In this document: positions 20,726-30,250 of the stretch, piece after piece
Position numbering within the stretch: position 1 is the stretch's first letter
Layout: every line of letters begins with the position of its first letter
Assembly: GCA_964405825.1 (NCBI GenBank)
Contig: CAYOPI010000002.1
Location: forward strand, 32,728-96,727
DNA: 64,000 nt
Direction of reading: 5' to 3'
DNA from: an uncultured Opitutales bacterium
GTDB lineage: Bacteria; Verrucomicrobiota; Verrucomicrobiia; Opitutales; JBHJGM01
Made by a program: the position numbers and the translations under genes
The notes under the pieces: model-generated
Database searches by the model: none
Seen by the model: the letters and a program-made list of their open reading frames with translations, nothing else
Told to the model about the DNA's origin: nothing

Positions 20726-22930
20726 TCAGGCAGGCACGGCTTGGGCGGCGGGTTGGCCGGCCGGACCTTCGGGAGCGCGGGGCAACGGCGCGGCAATGAC
20801 GCCCAGATTGCGCACCTCCGTCTCACCGGGGATCTCCTGGTAGGCCAGGACGGTCAGGCGCGGAAAGTTCGGCTCGAAAAAACGGCGGAAGGCCAGACGC
20901 ACCTCCGTGGTGGTCACGAGAATCGCCTCCTGCCCTTCGTCGGTGAGCTGCTTCACGCGACTGCCAAGCTGCTCGAGAATCAGGCCGGTCAGGTCCGGGT
21001 CCATCATCAGGCCAACCTCGAACTGCGTGCGCTTGACGCGCGTGGCCAGGGCCTGCTCAAGGCGCGGCTCCAGCGTCAGCGCCGGAAGCTGGCCCTGCTC
21101 GTCGTTCATCTGCTGGATGAAGTACGGGCCCAGGCGCCGGCGGGCCTGTTCGGAGAGTTCATCGGCGCTCTTGGTCAGCGGCGCGTAGTCGGCAATGGTC
21201 TCCAGGATAAGAGTCAGGTTGCGAATCGGCACCTGTTCCTGGAGGAGATTCTGCAGGACCCGCTGTATCAGACCAACGGATACCAGGTCGGGCAGAAGCT
21301 CGTTCACCAGCGTGGCGTTCTTCTCCTTGATGGCGTCGATCAGCTTCTGCACGTCCTCGCGCTCAATCAGCTGATGGGCCTGCACACGGAGGACCTCGGA
21401 CAAGTGCGTGATGAGGACCGAGCCGGCGTCGACCACGGTGAAGCCGTGAATCTCTGCGTTCTTGCGTTCGTCGTCGCTCACCCAGACCGCCTCCAGGCCA
21501 AAGACCGGCTCGACCGTCGGCGTGCCTTTGAGTTCGGTCGGGCTGTCGGAAACGTTCATCGCCAGCCAGCGCTTGGGCTCGAGGCGGGCCCGCGCGAGTT
21601 CCTTGCCGCGCAGGAGGAAGCGGTACTCGTTGCCCTCGAGTTCGAGGTTGTCACGCACGGCCAGCGGCGGGACGATCAAACCGAGTTCGCGGGCGAATTT
21701 CTGGCGCACGCCGGTGATGCGCTGCAGGAGGTCTCCGTTGTCGGCCTCGCTGGCCAGGCTCAGAAGGTTGAAGCCCAACTCGATGGCAAAGCGGTCGGTG
21801 CCGATCATCGTCTGAAGCTCCTCGATGGAGCCCGGATGCGGCTTGTCGGCGTCCGCGGTTTCGGCCGCAACACTGGCGCCACCGGGCAGTGCCGGCTGGT
21901 CGGAATTTGCCAGCTGCAGGCTGCTGCGCGCCTTCTCGGCGATGCCCTTCTTGTCGAGCAGCCACGCCGCGCCGAGACAGCCCGCTCCCAACATCCCGAA
22001 GGGCAAAGTCGGCAGCCCCGGCACGATTGCAAAGATCAGCAGCATCCCGCCGGCAATGGCCAGAGCCCGCGGGTAGATGGCGAGCTGCCGTCCAATCTCC
22101 GAGCCAAGGTTTGAGCCGGTGGCCGTGCGAGTGACGAGCATACCGGCGCCCACACTGACGATCAGCGCCGGAATCTGGGAAACCAGCCCGTCACCGATGG
22201 AAAGCAACGTGTACTTTTGCATGGCATCCATCAGGGGAAGCCCCTTCTGCCATGCGCCGATGGCGATCCCGCCCACGATGTTGATCAGGGTGATCAGGAT
22301 GCCAGCCACGGCGTCCCCGCGCACAAACTTGCTGGCACCGTCCATGGCCCCGTAGAAGTCCGCCTCTTTCTGGATCTTCTGGCGGCGCTGACCCGCGGTG
22401 ACCTCGTCGATCAGGCCGGCGTTCAACTCGGCGTCGATCGCCATCTGCTTGCCCGGCATCGCATCCAGAGTGAAGCGCGCCGTGACCTCGGCGATACGCC
22501 CGGCACCCTTGGTGATCACCACAAAGTTGATCACCACCAGAATACAGAAGACAACGACCCCCACCACGTAGTTGCCCTGCACAACGAAGTCGCCGAAGGA
22601 CTGGATGATGTTGCCGGCGTAACCCTCGACGAGAATGAGGCGCGTGGAGGCGACGTTCAGACCCAGCCGGAACAGGGTCACGGCCAGCAGCATCGTCGGA
22701 AAGATGGAGAACTCGGTGGGGTCGCGCAGGTAGATGACGACCAGCAGCACCAGCAGCGAAAGACCGATGCTGGCGGCGAGGAAGATGTCCAGAAAGACCG
22801 GTGCCACCGGCAGGATCAGCAGCGTGATGATCCCGAACAGGGCAAAGGTGAAGAACAGGTCGGTGTTGCGCAGGAACACCCCCCAACGGTTGCCCCCGGG
22901 CCCTTCTACACTTGTGCTGTCGCTGGCCAT
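20726..22930 (-). CDS. flhA: flagellar export apparatus protein FlhA
   Basis: 734 aa. FPTMLLAVTLFRLGLNVASTRLIL, ITKGAGRIAEVTARFTLDAMPGKQMAIDAEL, FYGAMDGASKFVRGDA, followed by the cytoplasmic FHIPEP C-domain. Confidence 0.95.
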   Translation of the reverse strand: MASDSTSVEGPGGNRWGVFLRNTDLFFTFALFGIITLLILPVAPVFLDIFLAASIGLSLLVLLVVIYLRDPTEFSIFPTMLLAVTLFRLGLNVASTRLILVEGYAGNIIQSFGDFVVQGNYVVGVVVFCILVVINFVVITKGAGRIAEVTARFTLDAMPGKQMAIDAELNAGLIDEVTAGQRRQKIQKEADFYGAMDGASKFVRGDAVAGILITLINIVGGIAIGAWQKGLPLMDAMQKYTLLSIGDGLVSQIPALIVSVGAGMLVTRTATGSNLGSEIGRQLAIYPRALAIAGGMLLIFAIVPGLPTLPFGMLGAGCLGAAWLLDKKGIAEKARSSLQLANSDQPALPGGASVAAETADADKPHPGSIEELQTMIGTDRFAIELGFNLLSLASEADNGDLLQRITGVRQKFARELGLIVPPLAVRDNLELEGNEYRFLLRGKELARARLEPKRWLAMNVSDSPTELKGTPTVEPVFGLEAVWVSDDERKNAEIHGFTVVDAGSVLITHLSEVLRVQAHQLIEREDVQKLIDAIKEKNATLVNELLPDLVSVGLIQRVLQNLLQEQVPIRNLTLILETIADYAPLTKSADELSEQARRRLGPYFIQQMNDEQGQLPALTLEPRLEQALATRVKRTQFEVGLMMDPDLTGLILEQLGSRVKQLTDEGQEAILVTTTEVRLAFRRFFEPNFPRLTVLAYQEIPGETEVRNLGVIAAPLPRAPEGPAGQPAAQAVPA

Positions 22931-22942
22931 CTTCGTGAAATC

Positions 22943-24043
22943 CTAGGCGGTGGCCAGACGGCGCTGGCGCAGCTGGTGGAAGTAGTAGCGGTGGGTGCGG
23001 TAGACGTGGGAGAGGATCTTTGCGATGACCTCGTAAAGCTCGAAGGGCACGGGTTCACCCACCCGGCCAACGCGGAAAAGCAACCGTGCGACCGGCTTGT
23101 TCTCGACCATCGGCACACCGTGCTTGGCGGCGATCTCCTTGATGCGGCGGGCAAAGAGGTTCTCGCCCTTGGCCAGGACGACAGGCGCCAGGTCGCGTCC
23201 ACGCTCGTACTTCAGCGCCACCGCGTAGTGCGTGGGATTGGTCACGACGACATCGGCATTGGGGACTTCGCCCAGCATCTGCCGTTGCAGCACCTGAACG
23301 GCGCGCTTGCGCATCTCGTTGCGAACCTTGGGATCGCCCTCGGCGTTCTTGCGCTCGTCCCGCACTTCCTGGCGGGTCATCTTCAGGTCGCTGGTGGTTT
23401 TGCGCTTTTCGAAGAGGTAGTGGATGAACGCGATGATCGCCAGGACGGCGATCAGGCGGAGCATCAGCAGCGCGGAAGTGTGCACCAGAAACCAGCAGAT
23501 GTGGTCGATGCCCACCGGCGCGTAGAAAATCGGGTCGGACATCACCTCGATGATCGCCCCGTAGATGACCCCGGCCACCAGGAGGAACTTCGAAAGGTCC
23601 ACTCCGAATTGCACCAGGCTGCGAGAGGAGAAAATGCGCTGCAGGCCGGTAACCGGATTGAACTTGTTGAGGTTCACCTTCATGACCTCGGGCGTGAGCC
23701 GGAAGCCCGACTGCAGCCCCCCCGCAAGGATCGCCGCGAGCATGCAGGCCACCAGAACCGGAGCCACCGCCGAACCCGTCACGTAGGCCACCTTGCCGAA
23801 GGTGTAGGCAACCGTCTGCTGCGAGGTGTTGAAGTCGGCCAACCCGCCAAAGCAGTCGCGGGAGAAGGTCAGTGTCTCCTCCACCATGGCCGTGCCGCCA
23901 AAACCCAGAGCCGCCGAACCACCGATCATCAGCGCGGTCACTCCAATCTCGGCGGCCTTGGCAAAGTTGCCCTTACGATGGGCCTCCTTCAGGCGCTTGG
24001 GAGTGGCTTTCTCGGTCTTCGAACTCTTGTCGGTATCGGGCAT
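22943..24043 (-). CDS. flhB: flagellar export apparatus protein FlhB
   Basis: 366 aa. N-terminus: KTEKATPKRLKEAHRKGNFAKAAE. The autocleavage motif VVVTNPTHYAVAL is present. Confidence 0.95.
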   Translation of the reverse strand: MPDTDKSSKTEKATPKRLKEAHRKGNFAKAAEIGVTALMIGGSAALGFGGTAMVEETLTFSRDCFGGLADFNTSQQTVAYTFGKVAYVTGSAVAPVLVACMLAAILAGGLQSGFRLTPEVMKVNLNKFNPVTGLQRIFSSRSLVQFGVDLSKFLLVAGVIYGAIIEVMSDPIFYAPVGIDHICWFLVHTSALLMLRLIAVLAIIAFIHYLFEKRKTTSDLKMTRQEVRDERKNAEGDPKVRNEMRKRAVQVLQRQMLGEVPNADVVVTNPTHYAVALKYERGRDLAPVVLAKGENLFARRIKEIAAKHGVPMVENKPVARLLFRVGRVGEPVPFELYEVIAKILSHVYRTHRYYFHQLRQRRLATA

Positions 24044-24099
24044 ATAAGGGAAGCGTGCGTTGACCGGGCCGGTTTGACGCCACGGTCACGCCTCTACCA

Positions 24100-24115
24100 A
24101 GCAGAGGCGGTGCCA
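24100..24115 (-). promoter_or_regulatory. candidate sigma-54 (RpoN) -24/-12 promoter upstream of flhB
   Basis: The minus-strand reading of 24115..24100 is TGGCACCGCCTCTGCT, i.e. TGGCAC-N5-cTGCt with exact GG-N10-GC spacing. It lies in the 207-bp fliR-flhB gap, with the -12 element about 57 nt upstream of the flhB ATG (24043). It is nearly identical to the site at 344..359. Confidence 0.45.
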
Positions 24116-24250
24116 GTACCCTTAGTTGCTGCGTACCAACACTTTAATTAAAGACTCCGTCCTCCTCGGCAAGAATTGCCGCCCCTGCGTCGCATTCTCG
24201 CCGCAAAACTTTAGGAAAAAGCGGCGGATTTTTCCCATGCGGGCACCGGG

Positions 24251-25012
24251 CTACAGTCCCAGAAAACGCAGCATGCGCATGGGCGTGTCCTGCAGCCCGC
24301 CAACGATGTAGCTGGCGATCAGCCCCACGGTGGCACCCGTCAGCCAGAGGCCCGCCAGCACCCGAACAGCGAAGCTGGTGATGAAGACGTTGATCTTGGG
24401 TGCGGCCTTTCCGAGCACTGCAAAGGTCAGGTTGATCACGAGGTTGATCGCGATCACCGGGCCGGCCATGCGTACGGCGATTTCAAACAGTTCCGAGGTG
24501 GTCCGCACAAACGTCTCGACCCCGGCCACCGACGGCCAGCCCAGCCCGATCGGCACCAGTCGGTAGCTGTGGACAAAGGCCGCGATCATCTCGTGGTGAA
24601 TGCCCAGGCTCATCATCGCCACTGCAGCCATGTTGAAGTACAGGACCGTCAACGCAGTCGATTGCGTCTGGGTGACCGGGTCGAAGGAATCCAGCCGGGC
24701 CAGGCCAGCCTCCTGTGCGATAATCCGCCCGGCCAGATCGATGGCGTAGAAGGTCATCCGGGCCGCCAGGCCCATCAGCACGCCCACTGCGAGTTCCTTG
24801 CCCAGCAGCACCGCGATCACCGGTGCCTGCAACGGAATCGGCCCGGAGGTCTCCACCAGCGGCACGAAGATCAACGCCGTCAGGGCGGCCAGGGCCAGGC
24901 GGACGCGCCGCGGGATGTTGCGCTCACCGATTGCCGGGATGAAGCTCAGCAGCGCACCCAGCCTGGTGAGCAGGAGCATCCACACCATCAGCGAATCCAG
25001 CGGGATCTGCAT
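24251..25012 (-). CDS. fliR: flagellar export apparatus protein FliR
   Basis: 253 aa polytopic membrane protein. MVWMLLLTRLGALLSFIPAIGERNIPRRVRLALAALTALIF is a typical FliR N-terminus. It lies after fliQ. Confidence 0.9.
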   Translation of the reverse strand: MQIPLDSLMVWMLLLTRLGALLSFIPAIGERNIPRRVRLALAALTALIFVPLVETSGPIPLQAPVIAVLLGKELAVGVLMGLAARMTFYAIDLAGRIIAQEAGLARLDSFDPVTQTQSTALTVLYFNMAAVAMMSLGIHHEMIAAFVHSYRLVPIGLGWPSVAGVETFVRTTSELFEIAVRMAGPVIAINLVINLTFAVLGKAAPKINVFITSFAVRVLAGLWLTGATVGLIASYIVGGLQDTPMRMLRFLGL

Positions 25013-25037
25013 CGGCTCGAGGGCGCTTTGACGACGC

Positions 25038-25307
25038 TCAGAGCGACAGCTCCGGAAGGCGTCCGATCAGCCCGGTCGCAAAATCCATCATCGAGTGCAG
25101 CATCCAGTTTGATGACAACACGATGACGACAGAGACACACACGAGCTTGGGCACAAAGGTCAGCGTCTGCTCCTGAATGCTCGTGACTGACTGAAGCAAG
25201 CTGACGAAGACCCCCACGGCGATCGCAGTCACCATGATCGGCGCGACCATCAAAAGCGACTGCCCCAGGGTTTGGCGCACCAGATCCACTGCAAGGTCAA
25301 CGTTCAT
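25038..25307 (-). CDS. fliQ: flagellar export apparatus protein FliQ
   Basis: 89 aa. LVRQTLGQSLLMVAPIMVTAIAVGVFVSLLQSVTSIQEQTLTFVPKL. There is a 4-nt overlap with fliP. Confidence 0.9.
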   Translation of the reverse strand: MNVDLAVDLVRQTLGQSLLMVAPIMVTAIAVGVFVSLLQSVTSIQEQTLTFVPKLVCVSVVIVLSSNWMLHSMMDFATGLIGRLPELSL

Positions 25308-26134
25308 AAGGCAAAGCTCTCCACCAGGGATCGGACAACGAGGTACCAGCCGTCCACCAGGACGAACAACAGAAGCTTGAAGGGCAGCGAAATGATCGCC
25401 GGAGGCATCATCATCATCCCCATGGCCATCAGCGTGGAGGCCACGATGAAATCGATCACGAGGAAGGGAACGAAGATCAGAAAACCCATCTGGAAGGCCG
25501 TGCGCAGCTCACTCAAAACAAACGAAGGCACCACCACCTTCAGCGGCAGTTCTTCGCGCAGGGTCGGCCCCTGCCCCGACATCTCCAGGAAGAACTCCAG
25601 GTCGGAGTCGCGCGCGTGGCGCAGCATGAAGGCCTTCATGTAGTTGCCCCCGATTTCCAGCGCCTCGGACGAAGCGATCTCGTCGTTGAGGTAGGGCGTG
25701 ATCGCTTCGGCGTGAATGCGCTCCCAGACCGGCGCCATGATGAACATCGTCAGAAAGAGCGCCAGGCCGATCACGATCTGGTTCGACGGGGCGCTGTTCA
25801 CGCCGATCGCACTGCGGACAAAGCCCAGCACAATGACGATGCGCGTGAAGCACGTTGTGAGCATCACCATCGTCGGGGCCAGCGTCAGCAGGGTCATGAC
25901 CACAAGCAGCTGGATGCCTACGGTCACGTCGTCGTTACCCTCGCCGCCGTCGATTGAGATGGAGATCCCGCCACCGCCGGATGCACCCGCTTCGTCACCC
26001 TGTTGCAGCGGTTCGGTCGGCTGGACCGGCTCCACTGGCGCCTGTCCGAATGCTTCCGCTCCTCCGAAAAGGCAGAGCAGCAGCACCAGAATTCCGGCGA
26101 GCGTACGCGCGATCCATTGGATTCGGCTGGCCAT
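25304..26134 (-). CDS. fliP: flagellar export apparatus protein FliP
   Basis: 276 aa. LTLAPTMVMLTTCFTRIVIVLGFVRSAIG...PSNQIVIGLALFLTMFIMAPV...FVLSELRTAFQMGFLIFVPFLVIDFIVASTLMAMGMMMMPP. Confidence 0.95.
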   Translation of the reverse strand: MASRIQWIARTLAGILVLLLCLFGGAEAFGQAPVEPVQPTEPLQQGDEAGASGGGGISISIDGGEGNDDVTVGIQLLVVMTLLTLAPTMVMLTTCFTRIVIVLGFVRSAIGVNSAPSNQIVIGLALFLTMFIMAPVWERIHAEAITPYLNDEIASSEALEIGGNYMKAFMLRHARDSDLEFFLEMSGQGPTLREELPLKVVVPSFVLSELRTAFQMGFLIFVPFLVIDFIVASTLMAMGMMMMPPAIISLPFKLLLFVLVDGWYLVVRSLVESFAL

Positions 26135-26136
26135 GG

Positions 26137-26766
26137 TCAGTTGCGCCGATTCAGCGCGGTGGTTGTGGCTACCCCTTCGCTGGCGGCGGGCTCCGAGGTG
26201 GGAAAGCCGGGCTGGGTTGGCGTTGCATCCTCGTCTTCGGCTTCCGCGTCGGAAAAGGCTCCGGCAAAATTGTCGTTGAGGTAGCAGAGGTGATTGATCA
26301 GCCCCGGACCGACGCCGATAAGCATCTTCTTGTCGGCGTAGGACACGACCACCAGGTACTGCTTGTTGCCGAGCATGCGCGTCTCCTCGATCCGCAGGCC
26401 GCTTTCGCCCTGGCCCAGCGCGCGGTTGATGCGCGACTTGATCGGACCCTTGCCCTGCCGCAGCCGCTGTACCAGCAGGAAGCCGCCCGCGCCCATCAAC
26501 GTCACAAAAAGAAACGCCTGAAACAGCCCCAGCCAGAAGCCCGAGCCCTCGTCGTTCTCGCTGTTGGCCGCGGCCCGCACGGCTTCTTCCGAGCGTGCCT
26601 TGCCCGGGAAGATGTAATCGCCCTCGGAAGCGGCTTCATCGGCCGGGACCGCCGCCTCAACAGTGTCGGTGGAGACGTCTTCAGCCTGGACGGGCAGAAC
26701 CAGCAGCAGGCTCCAGCAAGCCAGCATTCGTCCAAGTCCGACTCGCCATCGCCCCGTCCATGCCAT
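26137..26766 (-). CDS. fliO: FliO-like flagellar biosynthesis protein
   Basis: 209 aa. One central TM (LGLFQAFLFVTLMGAGGFLLV) is followed by LRIEETRMLGNKQYLVVVSYADKKMLIGVGPGLINHL, the usual FliO core. The position between fliN and fliP is canonical. Confidence 0.7.
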   Translation of the reverse strand: MAWTGRWRVGLGRMLACWSLLLVLPVQAEDVSTDTVEAAVPADEAASEGDYIFPGKARSEEAVRAAANSENDEGSGFWLGLFQAFLFVTLMGAGGFLLVQRLRQGKGPIKSRINRALGQGESGLRIEETRMLGNKQYLVVVSYADKKMLIGVGPGLINHLCYLNDNFAGAFSDAEAEDEDATPTQPGFPTSEPAASEGVATTTALNRRN

Positions 26767-26769
26767 CGA

Positions 26770-27027
26770 TCAACTCTCTCCCACAAGCTCGGTGATTTTG
26801 ATCCCGAAGTGATCCTCGACCACAACGACTTCACCATAAGCCACCAGCTTGCCGTTAACGAAAAGTCCGACCGGATCCTTGGCCTCCTGGTGCAGCTGCA
26901 CAATGGAACCCGGCGCCAGCTCGACAATCTCGCGCATGGGAAGATCAGCCGTGCCCAATTGCACGGTGACACGGACTTTAACGTCGAGGACGACGTCGAG
27001 ATTCTGTGATTGCAGCGCGCTTTCCAT
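26770..27027 (-). CDS. fliN: flagellar switch protein FliN (short, SpoA domain only)
   Basis: 85 aa. LDVKVRVTVQLGTADLPMREIVELAPGSIVQLHQEAKDPVGLFVNGKLVAYGEVVVVEDHFGIKITE. Confidence 0.9.
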   Translation of the reverse strand: MESALQSQNLDVVLDVKVRVTVQLGTADLPMREIVELAPGSIVQLHQEAKDPVGLFVNGKLVAYGEVVVVEDHFGIKITELVGES

Positions 27028-27033
27028 GGTAAA

Positions 27034-28086
27034 TCACTCCTGTTGTTCTTCCTGGTCGAGTTTCTCGGTCACCTTGACGGCCATGTGCCCGTTCTCGACG
27101 CCAGCCTCGCCCAGATAGCGGGTGGTATTGTGGAAACGCAGGCGCGTCTCCTGGTTGATCGTGTCGGGCAGCTCCAGCACATCACCGGGACGCAGCGAGA
27201 GCAGATCCTGCACGGTTACCTCAAAGGCGTCCCACTCGGCAAAGACCGGAACGTTGATGCCCCGGTAGACCGGCAGCCACTTGGCGTGACGATCCTGATC
27301 GGCACCGCGCCCAAACCGGCGGTTGGCCGCCTGCATGCGCTTGACGATCGGTTCAATCATGTAGAAGGGCACCGCGATCTGCATCATCTCGGAGCAGTCG
27401 CCGATGGCCGCCTCGACATCCAGGACCAGCATGGTCGAATCGCTGGGGGAGGTCTGCAGGAAGCGCCCGTTGTTCTCGCGCCCGAGAATGGAGCCGTTGA
27501 GATCGTCGGCCTCCTCCCACTGGCGGCACCACTCATCCAGCACGATGGCCATGACGTCGTCCATCAGCGCCTGCTCGATCTCGGTCAGGTAACGCTCCTC
27601 GTGAATGGAGTGCCCCTGGCCGCCAAGCATGCGGTTGACGATCGTCAGCGCCAGACGCGGGTTGATGTCCACCACCCCAACGCCCGAGAGCGGATCGATC
27701 TTGAAGAGTGCAATGTGGGTCGGGTTCGGGATCGACTCGATGAACTTCGAGTACGGCGCCGTGCCCAGCTTCGACATCTTCATCGAAAACTCCATGCGCA
27801 GGAACATCGCCAGGCGCGCCGAAAGGTAGTGCACGAAGTTCTCGTGGCGGATACGCACCTGCCGCAGCTCCACCTCCGTCAGAAAGACCGGATTGCGGAA
27901 ATCGTAAACCTCGACGTTGACCTTGTCGTGGCTGCTGAAGAGTTCGCCGTGGCAGTTGTAGATGGCCTCCTTCTGCTCGGCCGAAGCCTCTTCCATGAGC
28001 GCATCGATGTCGCCCTGGCTCAGCAGTTCGCTGAACTCCGGGCCACCTTCGGGCGGCAGCATTGGATTCTCTTCGTCCTGGCTCAT
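27034..28086 (-). CDS. fliM: flagellar switch protein FliM
   Basis: 350 aa. N-terminus: LSQGDIDALM. Middle domain: YDFRNP...RHENFVHYLSARLAMFLR. The C-terminal SpoA-like part reads LRPGDVLEL...RYLGEAG. Confidence 0.9.
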   Translation of the reverse strand: MSQDEENPMLPPEGGPEFSELLSQGDIDALMEEASAEQKEAIYNCHGELFSSHDKVNVEVYDFRNPVFLTEVELRQVRIRHENFVHYLSARLAMFLRMEFSMKMSKLGTAPYSKFIESIPNPTHIALFKIDPLSGVGVVDINPRLALTIVNRMLGGQGHSIHEERYLTEIEQALMDDVMAIVLDEWCRQWEEADDLNGSILGRENNGRFLQTSPSDSTMLVLDVEAAIGDCSEMMQIAVPFYMIEPIVKRMQAANRRFGRGADQDRHAKWLPVYRGINVPVFAEWDAFEVTVQDLLSLRPGDVLELPDTINQETRLRFHNTTRYLGEAGVENGHMAVKVTEKLDQEEQQE

Positions 28087-28106
28087 GGAGTGTAGTGCCG
28101 TCGCCG

Positions 28107-28643
28107 CTACTGGACGACGAACTCGGTGAAGTAGAGCTTCTCGATCACACGGCCCTTCAACGCCGTGGAAAAGGCGTTGAGCAGATCACTGCGCACGACG
28201 TTCTTGATCCCTGGCTGGTCCAGTTCGGTCAGCGTCAGCTCCTGCAGGATGCTGATGGTGGCATCCTGGATCTTGGGCTGATTCTTCTCGACGATCTCGG
28301 TGAACTTCTCGTCGCGCCCTTCGATGGTGAAACTGACCTTGATGTAGCGGCTGCCGACAGTGCCGCGGATGTTCGCGACGATGCCGTTCAGCTCGGCCGT
28401 ATGGACCGGGCCATCGTAGTCTTCCTCCGCCTTGGTGTCTTCACTGTGAGCGTCGCCCTTCGACAGGCCCAGGCGGTCCGCCGCTCGCGGCATCAGGACA
28501 AACTCAAACAGCGCAAAGGTCAGCAGTGGCATCAGAATCAGGACCACGATGACGGGGACGAGCGGACTGCCCCCGCCCTTCGAGGGCTTGGCTTCCTCGA
28601 TCTCTGCGTTTTCGATTTCTTCAATCTGCGGTTCGTCTGCCAT
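28107..28643 (-). CDS. fliL: flagellar basal-body-associated protein FliL
   Basis: 178 aa. It has a single TM (LVPVIVVLILMPLLTFALFEFVL) followed by IVANIRGTVGSRYIKVSFTIEG...KIQDATISILQELTLTEL. Confidence 0.85.
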   Translation of the reverse strand: MADEPQIEEIENAEIEEAKPSKGGGSPLVPVIVVLILMPLLTFALFEFVLMPRAADRLGLSKGDAHSEDTKAEEDYDGPVHTAELNGIVANIRGTVGSRYIKVSFTIEGRDEKFTEIVEKNQPKIQDATISILQELTLTELDQPGIKNVVRSDLLNAFSTALKGRVIEKLYFTEFVVQ

Positions 28644-28679
28644 CGTTCAGCCTCGGTTCACCGAGCGGCACCTAGGCCG

Positions 28680-29702
28680 CTATCGCTTCAGATTAACGAT
28701 TTCCTGGAGAAACTCGTCGGAGGTGGTGATCACCCGTGCGCCTGCCTGGAAGCTGCGCTGCACCGTGATCATGTTCGAGAACTCCTCGGTCAAATCCACG
28801 TTGGAGAGTTCCAGCGCCTGGCTGCGAATGATCCCCAGACCACCCACGCCGGCCGAATTGTCCGCCACGGTCATGGTCATGCTGCCGCTCTTCGGACCGG
28901 CGGCGTCCATCCCCGTAAACAGACCGTTGCCTTCGCGCACCAGCGCCTGCGGGTCGTTGAAATCCTGCAGGAGCAACTGGCCCATCGTCTCAACGTCGCC
29001 GTTGGCAAAGAGCACGTAGAAGTTGCCACTCTCGTCAAAAGAGAATGAGTCCACCAGGAAGGACTCCTTGGCCGCGGCTTCCACGTCCGCATCGGGAATG
29101 TTCTGGTTGCCAGCGGTGACCGCATCCGTGTCGGTGTTGTTGGTGATGCCACCGCCCACGGTCAGGTCAGGCTGGGGAATGCGCATGTCGCCAAAGCTCG
29201 CCGTCGGCACGGTCTTGGCCCAGGCGAGGGTGTCGAGAGAATCACCGGTGGCCGTGTAACTCGGCGCGCCGCTGATCATCCCCTGCAGACGGAAACCGCC
29301 CTGCGTTACGATGTAGCCCTGGTCGTCCACGCGGAAGTTGCCCATGCGGGTCACAAACTGGCGGTCGCTGACCGAATCGCGCACGACGAAGAAGCCGTTG
29401 CCCTCGATCGAAAGGTCGCTCGGAATGCCCGTGGCCTCGACCGGGCCCTGCGTGTAGCTGGAGGTGATGCCCGAAACGCCCACGCCGTTACCCACCTGCG
29501 CGGCAGTCTGGTTCGAACCGCCCGAGGGGTCCGACGCACCCGAGTTGCGCAGTGTGTTGTAAAAAGAATCGGCGTACTCCACGCGCTGCTTCTTGAAGGC
29601 GGTGGTGTTGACGTTGGCGATGTTGTTGCCAATGACCTCGAGGCCCTTGGTGTAAGTCTTGATCGCGCTGACGCCGCTGGTGAGTGAGTTGATCAGTGCC
29701 AT
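28680..29702 (-). CDS. flgE: flagellar hook protein FlgE (short form)
   Basis: 340 aa. N-terminus: GLEVIGNNIANVNTTAFKKQRVEYADSF. DLSIEGNGFFVV is present. C-terminus: QALELSNVDLTEEFSNMITVQRSFQAGARVITTSDEFLQEIVNL. Confidence 0.85.
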   Translation of the reverse strand: MALINSLTSGVSAIKTYTKGLEVIGNNIANVNTTAFKKQRVEYADSFYNTLRNSGASDPSGGSNQTAAQVGNGVGVSGITSSYTQGPVEATGIPSDLSIEGNGFFVVRDSVSDRQFVTRMGNFRVDDQGYIVTQGGFRLQGMISGAPSYTATGDSLDTLAWAKTVPTASFGDMRIPQPDLTVGGGITNNTDTDAVTAGNQNIPDADVEAAAKESFLVDSFSFDESGNFYVLFANGDVETMGQLLLQDFNDPQALVREGNGLFTGMDAAGPKSGSMTMTVADNSAGVGGLGIIRSQALELSNVDLTEEFSNMITVQRSFQAGARVITTSDEFLQEIVNLKR

Positions 29703-29761
29703 GGTTGGATTGGATTAGGGTTCTACTGGGTTCTTGGTTTTATGTGTGTGTAGCGTGCGCC

Positions 29762-30232
29762 TTAGCTGCTGGGCGGGCGGACTTCCTGGATGTAGCGGGT
29801 GTCGTAGCCGATGCCGTCGATGACGGCCTCAACGTAACGCTGACCGGCCCCGTCGGTCACCACGCGCACCTGTTCCACCTGCCCATCTACCACCACATCT
29901 TCCTCAGGCGTTCTGCCGGGCAGCACCCAGGTGACATCCATGCCGATGTAGTTTTGCGACGAGAGCAGTTGCTGGCCGTTGTTGAAGTCCTCGAAGGACT
30001 CCACCAGCGTCTGCATCTGCTCCAGCGAGGTAAAGTTGGCCATTTCCGCGATGAACGAAGTGTCATCCATCGGCTCGAGCGGGTCCTGGTTGACCATCTG
30101 CGTCGTGAGCAGTTGCAGAAAGTCATCAGAACCCAGTTCCTTCTTGATCTCCCGAGTGGTGCCGCCGGGCTGGTAGGCCACCGCCTCAAACGGGTTGGTC
30201 AGGAATTCAGTTGCTGCGGGTACTTCGCTCAT
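29762..30232 (-). CDS. flgD: flagellar hook assembly/capping protein FlgD
   Basis: 156 aa. LGSDDFLQLLTTQMVNQDPLEPMDDTSFIAEMANFTSLEQMQTL, followed by a beta-rich C-terminus. Confidence 0.85.
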   Translation of the reverse strand: MSEVPAATEFLTNPFEAVAYQPGGTTREIKKELGSDDFLQLLTTQMVNQDPLEPMDDTSFIAEMANFTSLEQMQTLVESFEDFNNGQQLLSSQNYIGMDVTWVLPGRTPEEDVVVDGQVEQVRVVTDGAGQRYVEAVIDGIGYDTRYIQEVRPPSS

Positions 30233-30250
30233 AGTCGGATTGTCTTGGGG

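Noticed and set aside
19622-22114. 830-aa + strand ORF antisense to flhF and flhA.
   Set aside because: Same shadow-ORF character, and flhF/flhA on the minus strand are unambiguous. The same reasoning applies to 22217..24151 (antisense flhA/flhB), 5865..7628 (antisense mcp), 11732..12949, 16400..17524, 27010..28095, 31517..32563 and 34107..34961.
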